A DNA stretch of 29,978 bases, taken from positions 1 to 29,978 of the IMG/VR virus record IMGVR_UViG_3300038312_000108; one strand, 5' to 3'. Shown here piece after piece: positions 28,035-29,978 of this stretch. The notes under the pieces are model-generated. The model was given only the letters and a program-made list of their open reading frames with translations, ran no database searches and was not told the origin of the DNA. Made by a program: the position numbers and the translations under genes. Position 1 is the first letter of the stretch. Each line of letters begins with the position of its first letter. The stretch comes from a virus. Taxonomy: Duplodnaviria > Caudoviricetes.

Positions 28035-29171
28035 ATGGCAGCAGATTTTAAACAAGTTGTGACGATATTAATATTTTCAAATACGAATTTCAATCTTCTT
28101 GGAGTAATAGATAATTATGAAAGCTTACAGATAGCAAGACGGTTTTATTCCATTGGTGGATTTGAACTGCATATAAACGCTAATAAAAATCATACTGAAG
28201 ATTTGCAAAAAAATAATATACTCCTGTTTTTAAAACAGGATGATGATAAATCAGTATCACATATGGGCGGTATAATAGGACACCGTGAAAATCAAATAGC
28301 TGATGATGGCAGTACAACAGATGAATTGATTATAACTGGGACAACATTACAAGGACTATTGTCAAGACGTTTATGTCTGCCAACTGGTGCGGATGGATAT
28401 GACAGTGAGAATGGCAAACAAGAAACCATCATGAAAGCATTTGTAAGCCATAATATAGTGGCTGCTTCTGATGCAGATAGGAATATATCAAATTTGATTA
28501 TAGCGGCTGACCAGCAAAGAGGCGTTGATGATGCATGGCGTGCTAAATATGATAAGCTCTCCGATATGATGAATACAATAGGCACTTATGCAAAATTAGG
28601 ATGGGATATACTATTTAGTATATCAGACAAACAATTCATATTTGATGTGTATCAAGGCAAGAACTACAGCATAAATCAATCGAGTTTAAACCCGGTTATT
28701 TTTAGTGCTGACTTCGATAACATCAAGGCTGAACATTTTATCCAGGATATTTTAAACAGTGCAAATGTAGGTTATTGCGGCGGACAGGGAGACGATAATA
28801 ATAGGCTTATGCAGAAGGTTGGCTCTGGTATCGGACTGCAGAGGCAGGAAACATTTATTGATTGCAGCAATGCAGCAGATATGACGGAATTAACAACGCA
28901 AGGCTCTCAAAAACTTTCAGAAATGGCAGAAGTAAAAACATTTGAGTTTCAAATTATTCCGGATGTTTCTTTTATTTATAAGACGGATTATGATTTAGGC
29001 GATACTGTGACGGTTGTTTCAAGACGCTGGGGGATCCAAATGGATGCACAGATAACAGAGCTTAAGGAAATATATGAGCTTGGTAATAATAATCTCGAAG
29101 TTACAGTTGGTACATCCATTCCAACATTATTAACAATATTCAAACGTGCAACAAAACAAATAGTGAGGTGA
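28035..29171 (+). CDS. Baseplate hub / ReqiPepy6 gp37-like tail protein
   Basis: 'LLGVIDNYESL..RRFYSIGGFEL', GGQGD, YKTDYDLGD. Confidence 0.8.
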   Translation: MAADFKQVVTILIFSNTNFNLLGVIDNYESLQIARRFYSIGGFELHINANKNHTEDLQKNNILLFLKQDDDKSVSHMGGIIGHRENQIADDGSTTDELIITGTTLQGLLSRRLCLPTGADGYDSENGKQETIMKAFVSHNIVAASDADRNISNLIIAADQQRGVDDAWRAKYDKLSDMMNTIGTYAKLGWDILFSISDKQFIFDVYQGKNYSINQSSLNPVIFSADFDNIKAEHFIQDILNSANVGYCGGQGDDNNRLMQKVGSGIGLQRQETFIDCSNAADMTELTTQGSQKLSEMAEVKTFEFQIIPDVSFIYKTDYDLGDTVTVVSRRWGIQMDAQITELKEIYELGNNNLEVTVGTSIPTLLTIFKRATKQIVR

Positions 29172-29175
29172 TATA

Positions 29176-29978
29176 ATGGCAGAACATTCAAGTTTTTTTA
29201 ATAGCGTTTCTGGTGACAGGCTTTATAAAGCTGAAGATTTTGCAAAATATTTTAGTTCTTTTATATCGAATGGTATTTTTCCGGATCCAAGTACAAATCT
29301 GCAGGTGCTTGTAAGTGGCAATAACGACATGAACATAATTGTAAAGGCTGGTTTGGCATGGATAAATGGGTATTTTTATTATCTTGATACTGATACTACT
29401 TTTACAATAGGGACCGCGGATGGAACATTAAATAGGATTGATAGAATTGTAGTACATTTAGATATCGCAGGCAGGGCAATAAATGTAAAAGTTTTAAAGG
29501 GAGTAATAGCAAGCTCTCCTACAGCGCCAACGCTGCAGAGGGATGCGGATGGGTATGATTTGGCTCTTGCTGATATAGCAATAAATGCCGGTGTAACGAG
29601 TATAAGCCAAAGCAATATAACAGATCAAAGGCAGAACCAAGACTTATGCGGTATAGTAGACAGCCTTATAACAGCAGATACAGCAACTTTGTTTAATCAA
29701 TTTACGGACGGATTTAATAGCTGGTTCGCTGGAATAAAAAATACATTAGGCGAAGATGCAGCTGGGAATCTTTTGAATAAGATAAATGAACTTGCCGGAA
29801 CTGGGCGGGCTGATGAAACGATAAAAGGAAATGCAGATAATATTAAGGCCTTAGACCAATCAGTTAATACGCATTTGGCAGAAAAGGCGACACAGACAAC
29901 GTTAGGTCATGTTAAAATCGGCAGTGGTATAAACATGGATTCAAATGGGGTAATTTCAGTACCGCCGATTAAAAATAT
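29176..29978 (+). CDS. Baseplate upper / tail fibre-associated protein, 3'-truncated
   Basis: Manual translation MAEHSSFFNSVSGDRLYKAEDFAKYF...GLAWINGY...RIDRIVV...NITDQR..LCGIV; open to the window end. Confidence 0.82.
   Translation, partial: MAEHSSFFNSVSGDRLYKAEDFAKYFSSFISNGIFPDPSTNLQVLVSGNNDMNIIVKAGLAWINGYFYYLDTDTTFTIGTADGTLNRIDRIVVHLDIAGRAINVKVLKGVIASSPTAPTLQRDADGYDLALADIAINAGVTSISQSNITDQRQNQDLCGIVDSLITADTATLFNQFTDGFNSWFAGIKNTLGEDAAGNLLNKINELAGTGRADETIKGNADNIKALDQSVNTHLAEKATQTTLGHVKIGSGINMDSNGVISVPPIKN

Noticed and set aside
372-29615. Numerous antisense or alternate-frame ORFs (e.g. 3667-3867, 5114-5719, 7887-8246, 18279-18797, 24059-24898, 29379-29615)
   Set aside because: They shadow well-supported genes and show no motifs or RBS.

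Overview
A low-GC, Clostridium-like siphophage or prophage segment, almost entirely on the + strand. It runs from an antirepressor through a replication/recombination module (SNF2 helicase, VRR-NUC, Cas4/RecB-like exonuclease, Sak4-like AAA ATPase, DUF669, family B DNA polymerase, DnaN-like clamp, primase-helicase plus origin) and a late activator to packaging, head and tail genes (cut off in the baseplate gene). Three selfish elements are superimposed. (1) A 392-nt ORF-less group I intron (23480-23871) splits the tape-measure gene and keeps only a remnant of its homing endonuclease. (2, 3) Two unrelated free-standing endonuclease cassettes (XRE-HTH + HNH-like; RHH + GIY-YIG) share one architecture: left hairpin, divergent small repressor, back-to-back promoters with repeated operators, and an endonuclease whose 3' end supplies the RBS of the next phage gene. 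The terS-terL spacer holds a 42-bp near-perfect palindrome and a degenerate tRNA-like sequence. All product calls come from motif recognition by eye; no searches were run.
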